From Octopus bimaculoides (lineage: Eukaryota), in assembly GCF_001194135.2 (NCBI RefSeq), contig NC_069001.1:22974107-23038106 (forward strand): 64,000 nt of DNA, given 5' to 3'. Made by a program: the position numbers and the translations under genes. Each line of letters begins with the position of its first letter. Position 1 is the stretch's first letter. The notes beneath the pieces are model-generated. The model was not told where the DNA came from, did no database searches, and saw only the letters and a program-made list of their open reading frames with translations. Positions 25,560 to 38,711 of this stretch are shown piece by piece.

Positions 25560-26284
25560 AAATAGGATGAAACAGAAAGAGAAAAGGAGAGTTAAAGAAA
25601 GAGAAAGATATTAAAGGCAAATGACTTACGAACAGGAAACTTAAAAGAAATGAACCTGAAAGACTGGCAGAGAGAGGGGGGGGGCGGGAAGATGAAAAAG
25701 AGACTGAAAGAAAGGAAAGCAGAGAATTTGACACTTAGAACTGATGGCGTATTTAGGAATCTTGTTTTACTTTTCACTAACACTTCAACTCTGTGTTTCT
25801 ACTTTCTCCCCACAGACTTTCTCCCCACAGACTTTTTCCATCCTCTCTCTTAACACCTCACAGTTTTATCCCAAAGGAAAGGGAAGGGCTAACCCTTCTT
25901 TTTTCTTTTTTTTTGCCTTTGTTCACACATTATCCTTGGATGCATCTGGACTTCCATGACAAATCTGATAACATTTTCCTTCAGAAACTATTGTTTTGAG
26001 ACAAAGCAAGTTTCATGTTTATTACTTTTATTATATAGATAGGTAGAGTGATGACTAGATGTATGATATACAGCCATCATGGTATCAGCTATTTGGCTAT
26101 TTGCTTGAAATAGCTGTTGACTCACCCTCAAATCATATCAAATTGTCTTTGAAAATTAAAGGACATATTTGATAAGGTAGTATAAGATATTCTTTAAAAA
26201 GCATGGTGGTCATGGTCGAAATGCGTTTGATCATAAATATAATTGATTGTTAGGTCTCACAATGACAATAACATGTAATAGAGT

Positions 26285-26567
26285 CCTTTGGTGATTTGCT
26301 GTGCTTGGGAAGACTCATCAGGCCAAGTGAAGTCATAGTTGTGGCTGGTGCTGGTGACATGTAAAAGCATTTGTGCCAGTGACATGTAAAAAGAACTCAC
26401 TACACTCTATAGAGTGGTTGGTGTATGGAAGGGCATCCAGCCATAGTAACCAAGCCAAAACCACACTTGAACCTGGTATAGTCCCTCGGCTTACCAGTTC
26501 CAGTCAAAGTGTCTGACCCATGCCAGCATGAAAAGTGGACACTAAATGATGATGATATTGATGATGA
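26285..26567 (+). mobile_element. SINE family B
   Basis: ...gaagggcatccagcc...gacccatgccagcatgaaaagtggacactaaatgatgatg. Confidence 0.75.
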
Positions 26568-26608
26568 GAGTTGTACCTGGGCAAATAAACAACAAGCAAC
26601 TAGTTTAA

Positions 26609-26785
26609 CCCTTAAGCATTTAATCTTGCCATATCCAGCTCAAATAGTCTACTTGTTATAAATTCAAACCTGCCAGATCTAGCTTCTCACACCTGTCCTA
26701 CAATGTCATTCTAAAAGTAAACAATCACATCATTTGAAATCTAGAGCTACAAAAGATAATGCAGGATTCATTCAAAACAATAAGC
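26609..26785 (-). mobile_element. piggyBac-like MITE, truncated copy of the 32681-32902 family
   Basis: ttaa|cccttaagcatt terminus; body is the reverse complement of 32740-32900. Confidence 0.6.
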
Positions 26786-26788
26786 TTA

Positions 26789-26938
26789 GGCACAGGTGTG
26801 GCCATGTGGTAAGACGCTACATGGTTCTGGGTTCAGTCCAACTGCATGGCACCTTGGGCGAGTGTCTTCTACTATTGTCACAGGCCAACCAAATCCTTGT
26901 GAGTGAATTTGGTAGATGGAAACTGAAAGAAGCTCGTC

Positions 26939-26970
<32 letters not shown>

Positions 26971-27401
26971 ATATATAAGTTCAAAAAAACAACAAAGTGA
27001 GGACGTGATATGGATAGTATTATTGGACGCTCAGGAAAGGAAAGAGAGAGTGCATGACGTTTCGGGCGTAGCCCTTCGTCGGAAAGATGGAAGGTTCGGA
27101 GAATGGAAGAACGGAGAAAGAGGAAAATGGTACCGATGCCCACGAGGTTATATATATATATATACATGTGTGTATGTGTGTGTGTGTCTTTGTGTCTGTG
27201 TTCATCTTCACCATCACAATTTCACAACTGGTGTTGATATGCTTACATCTCTGTACTCTAGCAGTTCACCAAAAGAGACCAACAGAATAAGTACAAGGCT
27301 TTATAAAATAAGCTCTGGTGTCGATTTGTTCAACTAAAAACCCTTCAGGGCAGAGCTCCAGCATGGCCACAGTTAAACGACTGAAACAAGTAAAAGAATA
27401 A
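26789..27401 (+). mobile_element. SINE family A carrying a ~190-bp insertion in its internal (TA)n
   Basis: Head 26789-26940, foreign block ~26980-27150, tail resumes ~27170. Confidence 0.8.
27056..27082 (-). ncRNA. Hammerhead-like core (variant CCGACGA), probably a PLE pLTR remnant
   Basis: Minus strand CCGACGA-A-GGGC-UAC-GCCC-GAAAC-GUC; no convincing stem I. Confidence 0.4.
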
Positions 27402-28430
27402 AGGAATAACATTCGATAAGTAATGTGAATGTTAAACTGGAAAAAACTGGAAAAAAACTGGAAAAGAAAAGAGTTTTGTGAGAAATCTTTGGAACAAGCG
27501 TTAACAACAATAGTTTTGTAACTGCTATAGTATTTAATGTGCAAAACATTAAATGCTAACTGGAGAAAATTAATTATAATTATTGTTAAAAACTAACTTG
27601 ATATAGAAAGATATTTATTACTAGTACAAATCTAGTGTTGCAATATTAATGTGAAAGTGAAAGTTTATATCTGATGAATTTGCTAGACATGTAAATTATA
27701 TCAACATGCTTATGGCTTTTGATTATCGTCAATTTACAAAAGCTTTATTATTGCAACTAACTAAATGTTTGATTCTGCTCTGAGGACCATAATTGCCTAT
27801 GATATAATATCTGGGAACACCTCAGTTTCCATACATACATATATAATCAGAAACACACACACATACATACAGACCAACAAGCATGTATACACATAGACAC
27901 GTTCATGCAATCATTGGCTTGTAGCCATGATGATGCTAATGCAATACCTACTGGTTTTAATTAATCATAAGCCCCCAAGTACTCATATCAGTCTGGTACT
28001 TACTTCAGCAATCTCAATTTGTTGAATGGTTAAATTTATGTATTTTGACATAAAGTGATTGTTTGTGATATAAAGATAAACCTTGCAGCAATATTTATTT
28101 CTAGCTTTACTATTCATATCTTCAAGGTCAATACAGAAAGTACCCTTTGAGAACTGATAGCTCTCAACAGGTAGCTCTCTCTGCCACCTGTTGTGACACT
28201 TTCAATGTTGCCCTTTGTCAAGGGGGCATGGCAGAGGTGTGGAAGTTTCTCTGTAGCTGCACATGGCTACATGGGGGGGGGGCTAAAATAATTGAGAAAA
28301 CGTTGTACAGGCTTTAAGCTCATTTCTATGCCATAAACAGATACTCTGTAGGTGAATAAGCAGGTAGATAGTTAGGTGGTAGGTAGATAACTAAGCAAGC
28401 AGACACACAGACAGACAGAGCAGCAGACCA

Positions 28431-28462
<32 letters not shown>

Positions 28463-28566
28463 GGAGTCTGATGGATGGAGGGATGGACAGATAGATAGAT
28501 AGATAGGTAGATAGGTAGCCTGATGGAAGGATAGAGAGAGAGAGAGAGAGAGAGAGGTACACACAT

Positions 28567-28947
28567 AGGCACAGGCATGACTGTTTGGTAAGAAGCTTGC
28601 TTCTCAATTGCATGGTTCTGAGTTCACTCCTTGACACCTTGAGCAAGTGTCTACTATAGCTTAAGGTTGATTGAAGCATTGTGAGTAGATTTGGTAGACA
28701 GAAACTGAAAGAAGCCTATCGTATATGTGTGTGTGTGTGTGTGTGTGTTTGTCCCTCACCACTGCTTGACAACTGGTGCTAGTGTGGTTACATCTCTGTA
28801 ACTTAGCAGTTTGACAAAACAGACTTGACAGAATTAGTACCAGGCTTAAAAATTGTGTAAGTACTGGGGTCGATTAGTTTGACTAAAATTCTTCAAGGTA
28901 GTTCCCCAGCATGGCCACAGTCTAATGACTGATAAAAGATAAAAGAT
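28567..28947 (+). mobile_element. SINE family A
   Basis: Head, core and tail present. Confidence 0.82.
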
Positions 28948-28956
28948 ACATATACC

Positions 28957-29018
<62 letters not shown>

Positions 29019-29294
29019 AAAAAAACGATAGGTACCATATTTCTTGAGTGATGTAAGAAATTGAATACACAACAAGATCAAAACTGGGTGGCAAACATTT
29101 GAGTGCCAAAATAAACAAACAAACAAATAAATGAATGAAGGAATAAATAAATAAATCTGACTAATATATATTACTACTTTTTAGATAGAAAAATGGAAGT
29201 TGCATTGAGATTTCACTGCATTCAAGTAAATAGTGTGTCCGTGTGTATACATATGTGTCCATGTCTGTGTTCATGTTTATATTTATCTTTGTGA

Positions 29295-29605
29295 AGGCAC
29301 GTGGTTTAGTGGTTAGGGTATTCGGCTTGGGATCATACGTTTGTGAGTTCAATTCCTGGTGGTGCATTGTGTCCTTGAGCAAGATACTTTATTTCATGTT
29401 GCTCCAGTCCACTCAACTGGCAAAAAATGAGTTGTACCTGTAAATCAAGGAGACAGTCTTGTCACACTCTGTGTCACGCTGAATCTCCTTGAGAACTACA
29501 TTAAGGGTATGTGTGTCTGTGGAGCACTCAACCACTTGCACGTTAATTTCATGAGCAGACTGTTCTGTTGATTGGATCAACTGTATCCCTCATCATCATA
29601 ACAGA
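29295..29605 (+). mobile_element. SINE family D
   Basis: gaaggcacgtggtttagtggttagggtattcggc...gctccagtccactcaactggc; homologous to 36864-37168 and 37364-37640. Confidence 0.82.
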
Positions 29606-29842
29606 CAGCGGGCTAGTTATAGTTATCTTTACCCCAGATATTAAAGGCAGTAATATTTTAGTGCTGCATCCATTTATGCCCTATGACATAGTGGTTTGAC
29701 AAATGACATTGATAAAATAGAATGAAACCGCAGTTATCACTGGAATTGATACGATCCAACCACTAAAGCTTTAAAGCTGGTGCCCTAACCATAGCCACAG
29801 TTCAATAAGTGGAACCAATAAATGAGTGAAAGAATCTAATTA

Positions 29843-30001
29843 AGGTGTGGCTGTGTGGTGAGAAGTTTACTTCAAGACCACATGGTTCTGGGTTCAGCGC
29901 CACTGTGTGGCACCTTGGGCAAGTGTCTTCTACTACAGTCTCAGGCTGACCAAAGTCTTGTAAGTGGATTTTGTAGACAGAAACTGAAAGAAGTCCATCA
30001 G

Positions 30002-30055
<54 letters not shown>

Positions 30056-30275
30056 CTTTATGTTTGTGCTTGTCTCCCACCGGTGCTTGAGAATCAGTGT
30101 TGGTGTCTTCATGTCCCCATAACTTAGCAGTTAAGCAAAAAGATATCAATAGAATAAATATGAGACTTAAAAGAATGTAAGTACTGGAGTTGATGCATTT
30201 GATTAAAAAATTCTTGAAGGTGGTGCCCCAGCATGGTCGTAGTCTAATGACTATAACAAGTAACAAATAAAAGAT
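29843..30275 (+). mobile_element. SINE family A
   Basis: Head, core and tail present. Confidence 0.85.
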
Positions 30276-30875
30276 CAGGCATTATATTTTCTCTTTCCTG
30301 ATTTCCATCAATTTTTATAGTCAAACATAGGTAGAAATGATATTTCTTTCTTTAACAGCACAAATCTACTTTCCATTACATTCAATTAGAAGCACTCAGC
30401 TATGAGTTAGGAGTAGAGCATGTATCAACCAAGCAAACTGAGCCAAACAGAATTACATACCTTGATTAGATACTTGCTTTACAGATTAAAATCATACCTG
30501 CAATTAAAGTTGTTCTGACCATAGCCATCCCATCTTGTCTTTTCAAAGAACAAAACAGTTTTATTGTTTACATATAATGAAAAATTTCTTTCCTAACAAT
30601 AGGAAAATGAGACATCTTTCCATAATATTTAATTTCAAAAACCTTCATTTAAATTTTTTTTTATTTCAGGATCTAATGTCCATGAGGTGTACACAAAAAA
30701 ACAAGCATTAAAATGTTGAAATCGGTTAGATAAAAATGCATTAATAGTTTTGGTCTTGGTTCTCTTCCAGAACATACTTTTTACAAAAGAAATATTTAAG
30801 ACGCAAAACAGCAAACAGAGAAACAAAATGTTAATCCCATAAATAAAAGTATTTTGTTAAGAAAGAAAGAAAAAT

Positions 30876-30906
<31 letters not shown>

Positions 30907-31868
30907 GAAAGACAAAGTAAATAAAGTGGAATTTACTTTAGTTCTCTAACATCTCACTCTAACATTTACTTGCTCAGGATTTTAGCTTTTGCTGCCAAGT
31001 TTGGAGACTGAGATTAATGTGTCTGTAATTTTGTCATTTTGTGGAATCACTAATGTCGTAAGATAATGCCAAATGGTGGAATAGTGGGGGTTGACAGTCA
31101 ATGAATAAATGATGAACTAAATAGAATTGAGTCCAAGGTCTGAAATATTTTATGGAAAGAGATGTAATTTAAAAGAAAAAAAAAACAATTCTTTTCTACC
31201 TACAAAATAATCTACAATTAATGGAGCCAAAGATTTGTAGCAATTCCTTTAAGAGCAGTTAGCTTATGACAATACTGCTGTTTTAAGTCAAAAGGTATCT
31301 TGCATTATGTGAGTAGCAACTCATTTCAATAAAAGATTTATTTTTACTTATTTTATTTCTCGGTTGGTGAACAATAGCTTCTTGGCTGTAGGTTTTCAAA
31401 AAGTCAATCTCTAGTTTACAGCATTTTAATGGTGTGAGAGTTAGAAAGAAGTGAATGTAATTTGATGTATAACAAATGCTGCAAAAAACTTCATTCCAAA
31501 AAAAAATTTGTTTTATGAATGTCCACTTAGAAACTATTTGGTTAAATGAAGGTTGTAGCTGAATGCATTTGTTCAAGGTACCATGCAGTGAGACTAACTC
31601 CTAGAACTACGTGCTGACAAAGGGAACTTGTTCTCTACACAACAACACCAACATCGGCTGAGAAAGTATAAAATTTAGATTATAATTCCACACTTTTGAA
31701 TGGTGATGTAATACTATGCAAAGAAATAAATTAGATTAAAGCCATGCTGATAACTTCTGGTGAGTAAAAGAGCAGGCAAGTGTCTTCTACTATAGCCTCA
31801 GGTTGACCAAAGCCTTGTGGATGGGTTTGGTAAACAGAAACTAAAAGAAGCCTATCAGATATATGCAT

Positions 31869-31939
<71 letters not shown>

Positions 31940-31999
31940 GAGCTGGAAAAAATAATACAAGGCATTTTTTCCAATGCTCTAATGATTCCGCCAGCTTGT

Positions 32000-32590
32000 C
32001 ATCATCATCATCATCATAATCATCATCATCATCCTCATCATCATCATTTAATATCTGCCTTCCATGCTGGCATGGGTTGGATGGTTTGACAGGGGCTGAT
32101 TAGGCAGAAAACTACACCAGACTTGGCAAGGTTTTTATGGCTGGATGCCCTTCCTAACACTAACCACCTTACAGAGTGAACTGAGTGCTTTTTTATGTGG
32201 TGGGACCACCACCACCACAACCACCATCATCATCATAATGATTTTATTTTTTTGGCACAAAGGGGTAGGTAAGTTGATTTCATCAACCCCAGTACTTGAC
32301 TGACTCCAAAAGAAGGAAGGACAAAATAAACCTGAGTAGCATTTGAACTCAGAGTGTAAAGAACCAGTAGCAATATCACTAAGTATTTAACCCAACATGC
32401 TATGGATTTTGAGGGAAGGGGCTAGTAGATAACATCGACCCCAGTGCTCAACTGGAAATTATTTTAGTGACTCCGGCAAATGAAAAGCAAAGTCAACCTC
32501 AGCGGAATTTAACTTTGAATGTGAAGATGGACAGGATGCTGTCCAACATTTTGCCCAGTGTGCTAACGATTCTGCCAGCCTGCCACCAGA
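32000..32590 (-). mobile_element. SINE family B fragment (~32000-32200) followed by two family C remnants
   Basis: Diagnostic tail and core motifs. Confidence 0.65.
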
Positions 32591-32680
32591 AATGATGAAA
32601 AAAAAATGTTCTAAAGTGTTCGGGCCATGCTAGATACACCTGCTGGTCCCTTTATACATTGTTGTCTCTGTCTCTGTTAA

Positions 32681-32902
32681 CCCTTTAGCATTCAGATTAC
32701 TCTGTCATAAACGATGCTCCTTTATTCTCATTGCATTGAATTAATCATGAAGCTTGTATTGTAGCTTCAAGATTTTGATGATGTGATTGTTTATTTTTAG
32801 GATGTCATTGTAGGGTTGGTGTGAGAGGCCAGGTCTGATCAGTTTGAACATAAAACCAGCAGAATATTTTGGCTGGATATGGATGGTTTAAATGCTAAAC
32901 CG
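32681..32902. mobile_element. piggyBac-like MITE
   Basis: TTAA at 32677-80 and 32903-06; termini ccctttagcatt / aatgctaaaccg. Confidence 0.72.
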
Positions 32903-32959
32903 TTAATCCATTACAAAACCATACAAGGTTCAAATGAGGTCTCCTAATACATTATTCCT

Positions 32960-33330
32960 CCCACACCTAGGACCACATCCTGGACCACATCCAAAAAAGA
33001 GCCATTTGAATAACTGGCATTAAATCATTCATGGACATACTCCAGGCTCTGGCCCACAAATATGTTGATTGCTCCTTCTCTGCTCTTTCTATTGTTAATA
33101 TAATGGCATCTCCTCCTTGAATGTGGCTGCTCTTGTGCCTCCTCCCCTCAGGCACTTCTTGCCTATTTGTCTGTCTCTCCATCTCTCACCATTCTCAGTG
33201 ATCAATCCTTCAGGCCTTGTTACTAACCCCTATATTTAGTCCTTCCTACCCAGAACTCTGGCCTTCTTGAATCTCTTCCTTGCTCATGCTTTTCAGCAGC
33301 TATTGTTGACTTGCATTAACATTAATGGTA
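32960..33330 (+). mobile_element. CR1/Jockey-like LINE 3' fragment, decayed
   Basis: HILDHIQKRAI*ITG...LQALAH, then frameshifted YNG....A.LVPP and PRT.A..NL segments. Confidence 0.5.
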
Positions 33331-33511
33331 TCAGTGTCACCAATCTTGAAGAGCCTTCAAAGATCATGAGCACTGCTCCTTTCTCAAGACTCAGCAAGAA
33401 TCTACAAGGAAATGATCAAGACTACATGAATACTTTTTTGAAATACTCATTCCAGCCCTGGCCATACCAGCTTATTTTCAGGCATTGTATCTAGGACTGA
33501 ATTACCTAATG

Positions 33512-33757
33512 CAGTGGTTCACAACTAGGGTCCATATGGCCCTTGGGAGTCCATGTAAGGTTTTATTGATTATGTACAACAAACGGGTTTTATTTCTACA
33601 ATACATAAAAAAAATTTAATTTTTGTATACCATTCTTAATGATATTTAATTATAAGAAATGAGACATTTATTAAAAAAAATTTAATTGGTCTGAGGGTCC
33701 AGTAGAGAAAAGTAAGAATCAAAGGGTCTATAGGCAAAAAATGGTTGGGAAACCCTG
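33512..33757. mobile_element. hAT (Charlie-like) MITE
   Basis: TIRs cagtggttcacaac / gttgggaaaccctg; 8-bp TSD acctaatg / atctaatg. Confidence 0.82.
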
Positions 33758-33919
33758 ATCTAATGTGTCCCACTCTGTCTGCTAGAAATAGCATCTAAAT
33801 TTTCTTCAAATTGTACAGCTTAGCCATATAAGGGATCCCTCATTGGTTACCAATATCATTTAATTCCAAAAGTGAGTTGCAACATAAGAAATATTAAATT
33901 GCAGAACCAAATCCAATAA

Positions 33920-34136
33920 CCCTTTTGTTACCATATTTCTGTTGAAATACATTGTCTTTATTTCAATTAATTCGAAAATAAAGAATTTAATAAAATAACC
34001 TTGTCACTTTGAAACTGGTTTTTGGAATATAAATTAACATGAAATTTTGATAGAAAGTTTATTTTAGACCACTTTTAATTTGAAGCTTGTATCATTGAAT
34101 CAGGAGTTGTCTCAGGTGGGTTGATATCAAAAAGGG
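33920..34136. mobile_element. piggyBac-like MITE, second family
   Basis: Termini cccttttgttacca / ttgatatcaaaaaggg; flanks ATAA / TAAA (decayed TTAA). Confidence 0.6.
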
Positions 34137-34508
34137 TAAATCATTATTTCTGGTCTTTCAACATTCTGAATTTAAATATCAGTATCAGATTTTACTTTTA
34201 AATAACAGTATCAGATTTTACTTTCATCCTCCTGGAGAAGCTAAAGCAAAGTAAGCGCCGCCGCTGCCACCGCTCTCATTGTTGTTGTTGCTGTTGTTGT
34301 TGTTATTTAACTCTGGCTCAATCCTCATCAAACAAATCTAGAATCAAAGACATTAGATGAGTTGACATTCTTTACAACACAGAATATATGATTTGCAGTA
34401 TTGCTTCTAGATCTCTTTGATTTCATTTCAAATTCCATTGAGGTCAACGCTGCCTTTATCCTTTCTGAGTCAATAAATAAAAATACCAAGCAAGTACCGA
34501 GAACAATT

Positions 34509-34600
<92 letters not shown>

Positions 34601-34880
34601 TCCCTCTCTCTCTCTCTCTCTGTTTGGCTAAAACCCCAGAGAACAGTGCCTCATCACAGCAACATTTCAAAAGTGGCTGTAAACAAAAATAATTGAACAA
34701 ACAACCACACACACACGCACACACTACTGACTAGGTGCTAATGCATGCAAAAAAAAAAAAAAGAAAAGTATTCACAGATTTTAGAGTTGAATTTATAACA
34801 CTATGTTAAACTCCATATTTTGAAGAATGTCCTGATGAAATGAAAATCATGTTGCATCTTAGGAAGGTCATTATGCCATT

Positions 34881-35593
34881 AATAATAAACACATGCACTG
34901 GTTCAATATCACTTCATTATTGTTAATCAATTGGTTAAATATTTAACCAACTCACTAATTGATCGGTTGTTTGTTTAATGAGCTGAATAAACAATCAATT
35001 GGTTGTTTGTTACTCAAAGTCCTTTTATTGCTATTCATGACCTTTTAATAATGGTCTCGCTCTTCAAGGTCTGCTCTGAGTCTGTCCTGAACAGCAAATT
35101 AGACAAACAATTGGTGAATTAGGTGGTTAGGTAATTAACCAATTAGCTAACAATAAAGAAGTGATATTGAAACAGTGTGTGTATTTATGAAAATTACGAT
35201 AACCCTTCCAAGATATAACAAGATTTGTTTCAATGCATGAATTCATATCAAGAATCTTGCAAGTCAAATGCACACTGAAGATAAGCTTTAGCCAAGCTAG
35301 CAACATGCTGAAAAACACTGTGTTCTACTGTCTAAAAAACCAGAATTTCCACTCAACAGCTACACTTCAAAGAGGAGTGGAAGGAAGAGGTTAGACTCAG
35401 AGCAGACCTTGAAGGGAGAGGGCAAGTTATTAAAAAGGTCACAAATAGCAACAAAAGAATTTTGGCAAGCAAACAACCAATTAATTGTTTAACTAATTCA
35501 TTAAACAAATGATCTATTAATTAGTTGATTAGATGTTTATCTGACTGATGAACAATACAGAAGTGATATTAAACCAGTGCATGTGTTATTATT
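34881..35593. repeat. Diverged inverted repeat (~200-bp arms 34881-35085, 35392-35593) with a third partial copy in the spacer
   Basis: cacatgcactggttcaatatcacttc vs gaagtgatattaaaccagtgcatgtg; ttcaaggtctgctctgagtct vs agactcagagcagaccttgaa. Confidence 0.8.
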
Positions 35594-35901
35594 GGTGTGA
35601 TATCCCACCAAAGATATACAGCAAGAACAGTATCAATGCATGCATTCACATAAAAGATCTTGCAAACCAAATACAAAATTGAAGATAATTATGCCAAATA
35701 CAGTTATTATTATGCGATAATCAGTTATTACATGTTTGTAAACATTTATGTATGTTGTTGAAACAACTGTAGAAATACCAATGATATTGCTTAGTTTTCT
35801 ATTTTATCTAATGTGTATAAATGACTCAGGGTGTGCAAACATATATATATAACAGACAATATAGAGAATGCATTTTGAAGAAATATATGTATTTATGGGA
35901 T

Positions 35902-36322
35902 ACTCTTTTACTTGTTTCAGTCATTTGACTGTGGCCATGCTGGTGCACTGCCTTTCGTCGAGCAAATCGACCCTAGGAGTTATTCTTTGTAAACCTAGTA
36001 CTCATTCTATCAGTCTCTTTTGCCGAACCGCTAAGTAATGGGGACGTAAACACACCAGTATCGGTTGTCAAGCGATGTTGGGGGGACAAACACAGACACA
36101 CAAACATATACACACATACATACATATTTATATATCTATATATATATTTATATATATATAACAGACTTCTTTCAGTTTCTGTCTACCAAATCCACTCATA
36201 AAGCTTTGGTCGGCCCAAGGCTATAGTAGACGATACTTGCCCAAGGTGCCACGTAGTGAGACTGAACCCGGAACCACGTGGTTCATAAGCAAGCTACTTA
36301 CCACACACCCACTCCTACGCCT
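35902..36322 (-). mobile_element. SINE family A, low-divergence copy (CpGs retained)
   Basis: Full reverse complement of the family. Confidence 0.9.
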
Positions 36323-36863
36323 ACAGATGTGCAGTAATGGTAAAAATTTCTTTCTATTAGAGAAATAAATGTTGAACAACTCTGTTACATTGTTTTTAAG
36401 AGGAAGCGGATTTATAGATCAAAGACTACCAGATACTGAAATGGAATTTGGTCAATCAAAATTGCTCAATTTTCATTTTTTAACTGTTTATTTCACATAG
36501 CAAAATTTCACCAGAACTTTGGGGCAGAGACAGTCTGCATTAAATGAAAATAATAGACATCTACAATATTAAAGATTAAATGCAATTATTCTTTATTTCC
36601 ACAAACGCTTCCCTGAATATATTTTGTATGAGCTTTTATTTCTATTTATGAAGAAAGATATCATAAAATATAAGTAAATATTAGTTGACATCTGTGTAGT
36701 GTTTCAGTTATTTTATCATAATTTCGAGATATTATTTCATTCTTTTCTTTATGTCTCTTTTAATTTATTGTTGCTTAACCCTAGGTCTGCCTTGGTGCAG
36801 CAAACTTATGAGAAAGATAATCTATTCTTGATCATTTTGCTTTTTCATACAAATTATCATCCG

Positions 36864-37640
36864 TGAAGGTGTGTGGCTTAGTGGTTAGTGTATTTGGCTC
36901 ATGATTGCAAGGTTGTGAGTTTGAGTCCTGGTGACACGTTTTGTTCTTGAGCAAGACACTTCATTTCACTTTGGTGCAGTCCACTCAGCTGGCAGAAATG
37001 AAGTGTATCTGTAATTCAAAGGGACCAGCCTTGTCACATTGAATCTCCCTGAGAACTATGTTAAGAATACACATGTCTGTGAAGTGTTCAGCCACTTGCA
37101 TTTTAATTTCATGAGCAGGCTGTTCCATTGATTGGATCAACTGGAACCCTCGTCGTCATAACCAATGGAGTGTCAATTAGTTATCTTCCAATCTTTTATC
37201 TTTCACTTGTTTCAGCCATTGGACTCTGGCCATGCTGGGGCACTTCCTCCAAGGGTTTGGTGCAGTACATTGACTCCAGTACTTCTGCTGTTATTTATTT
37301 GAAAGTTTGTGCTGTTAGGAAGCAGCTGGTTTCTCTTCTTCACTGCATGCAGTGTAACTGGGTGAAGGCACATGGCTAAGTGGCTACAGCATTTGGCAGT
37401 GCACTGTTTTCTTAAGCAAGATACTTTCTTTCATGTTGCTTCTGTCCATTCATCTGGTAAAAACGAGTTGTAACTGTAGTTCAAAGGAGCCAGCCATGTC
37501 ACATTCTGTGTGTCATACTGAATCTCCCTGAGAACTACATCAAGAGTATGCATATCTGTAGAGCGCTCAGCCACTTGCACATTAATTCCATGAGCTGACT
37601 GTTTGTTCCAATTGGATCAACGGGAAGCCTTGACATCATA
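36864..37640 (+). mobile_element. Two SINE family D copies (~36864-37168, 37364-37640) with a family A tail fragment between
   Basis: Shared gaatctccctgagaacta...cagccacttgc body. Confidence 0.78.
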
Positions 37641-38084
37641 GCCAATGGACTGTCAATGCAACCAAATAGTTAAGAAGATCACCTTGCAATCACAGAGTCT
37701 TGGACTTGATTGCATTGCCTGGTGTCTTGGGCAAGTATCTTTTCTCATAACCTTGGGTTGAACCATACCTTCAAAGTGAAACTGAATAAATGGAAACTTT
37801 GTGGAAGCCTGCCAAATAGATTATTACTTTAATGTAAAGCTCTGCATCACAAAGTTACTGCTGCAGGATTACATCATCATCATTATCTTGATACTTGCAT
37901 TGGTCAGATGGTTAAGTGAGGCTGATTTTCTATGGCTGGATGCTCTTCCTGTCACCAACTCTCTCCTGTTTTCAAGCAAGGTAATATCTCTCCATAACCA
38001 TACATGATTGTGCAGAATATTGCAAAAGAATGACATTCTTTTACAAAGGCCACATATTTCACACACACGCATAAATACACACAT

Positions 38085-38488
38085 AGGTGCAGGTGTGACT
38101 TTGTGGTAGCTTCCTAACCACATGGTTCTCAGTTCAGTCCAACTGTGTGGCACACTGGACAGGTGTCTTTTACTACAGCCTTAGGCTGACCAAAGCCTTG
38201 TAAGTGGATTTGGTTGATGGAAACTAAAAGAAGCCCATCAAACACACACACACACTGTATATATTAGTGTGTGTCTTTGCTTCTGTGCTTGTCCCCCTTC
38301 ATCACTTGACAACTGGTGTTGGTGTGTTTATGTCCCTGTAACTTAGCAGTTTGGCAAAAGTGATAGACAGGATAAATACCAGACTTTAAAAAATGAAGTA
38401 CTGGGGTTGATTTCTTCAAATAGAATTCTTTGAGGCAGTGCCCCAGCATGGTCACAGTCTGATGACTGAAACAAGTAGAAGATAAAAG
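38085..38488 (+). mobile_element. SINE family A
   Basis: Head, core and tail present. Confidence 0.85.
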
Positions 38489-38650
38489 CTATATATATAC
38501 ATATATATATGTATATTTATATAATGGCATTACTATACAATAATGCCTCACGTTATGAGGGACTCTAAGGTCAGACTACCATAAAAAGCACATTTTTAGC
38601 GAACACGAGGAAATGCAACTTTCAAAGCCAACCCCTTAAAAACAGATTAA

Positions 38651-38711
38651 ATTATAAATCATGATTTCGTAGTTATTGTAGTATTATACAACCTCTACTC
38701 GTCAGTATAAT
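38651..38711 (-). ncRNA. Minimal type-I hammerhead ribozyme, orphan
   Basis: Minus strand: auuaua-CUGACGA-guag[agguuguauaauacuacaauaa]cuac-GAA-AUCAUGAU-U-uauaau; stem I 6 bp, stem II guag/cuac plus uugua/uacaa, palindromic helix III. Confidence 0.75.
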
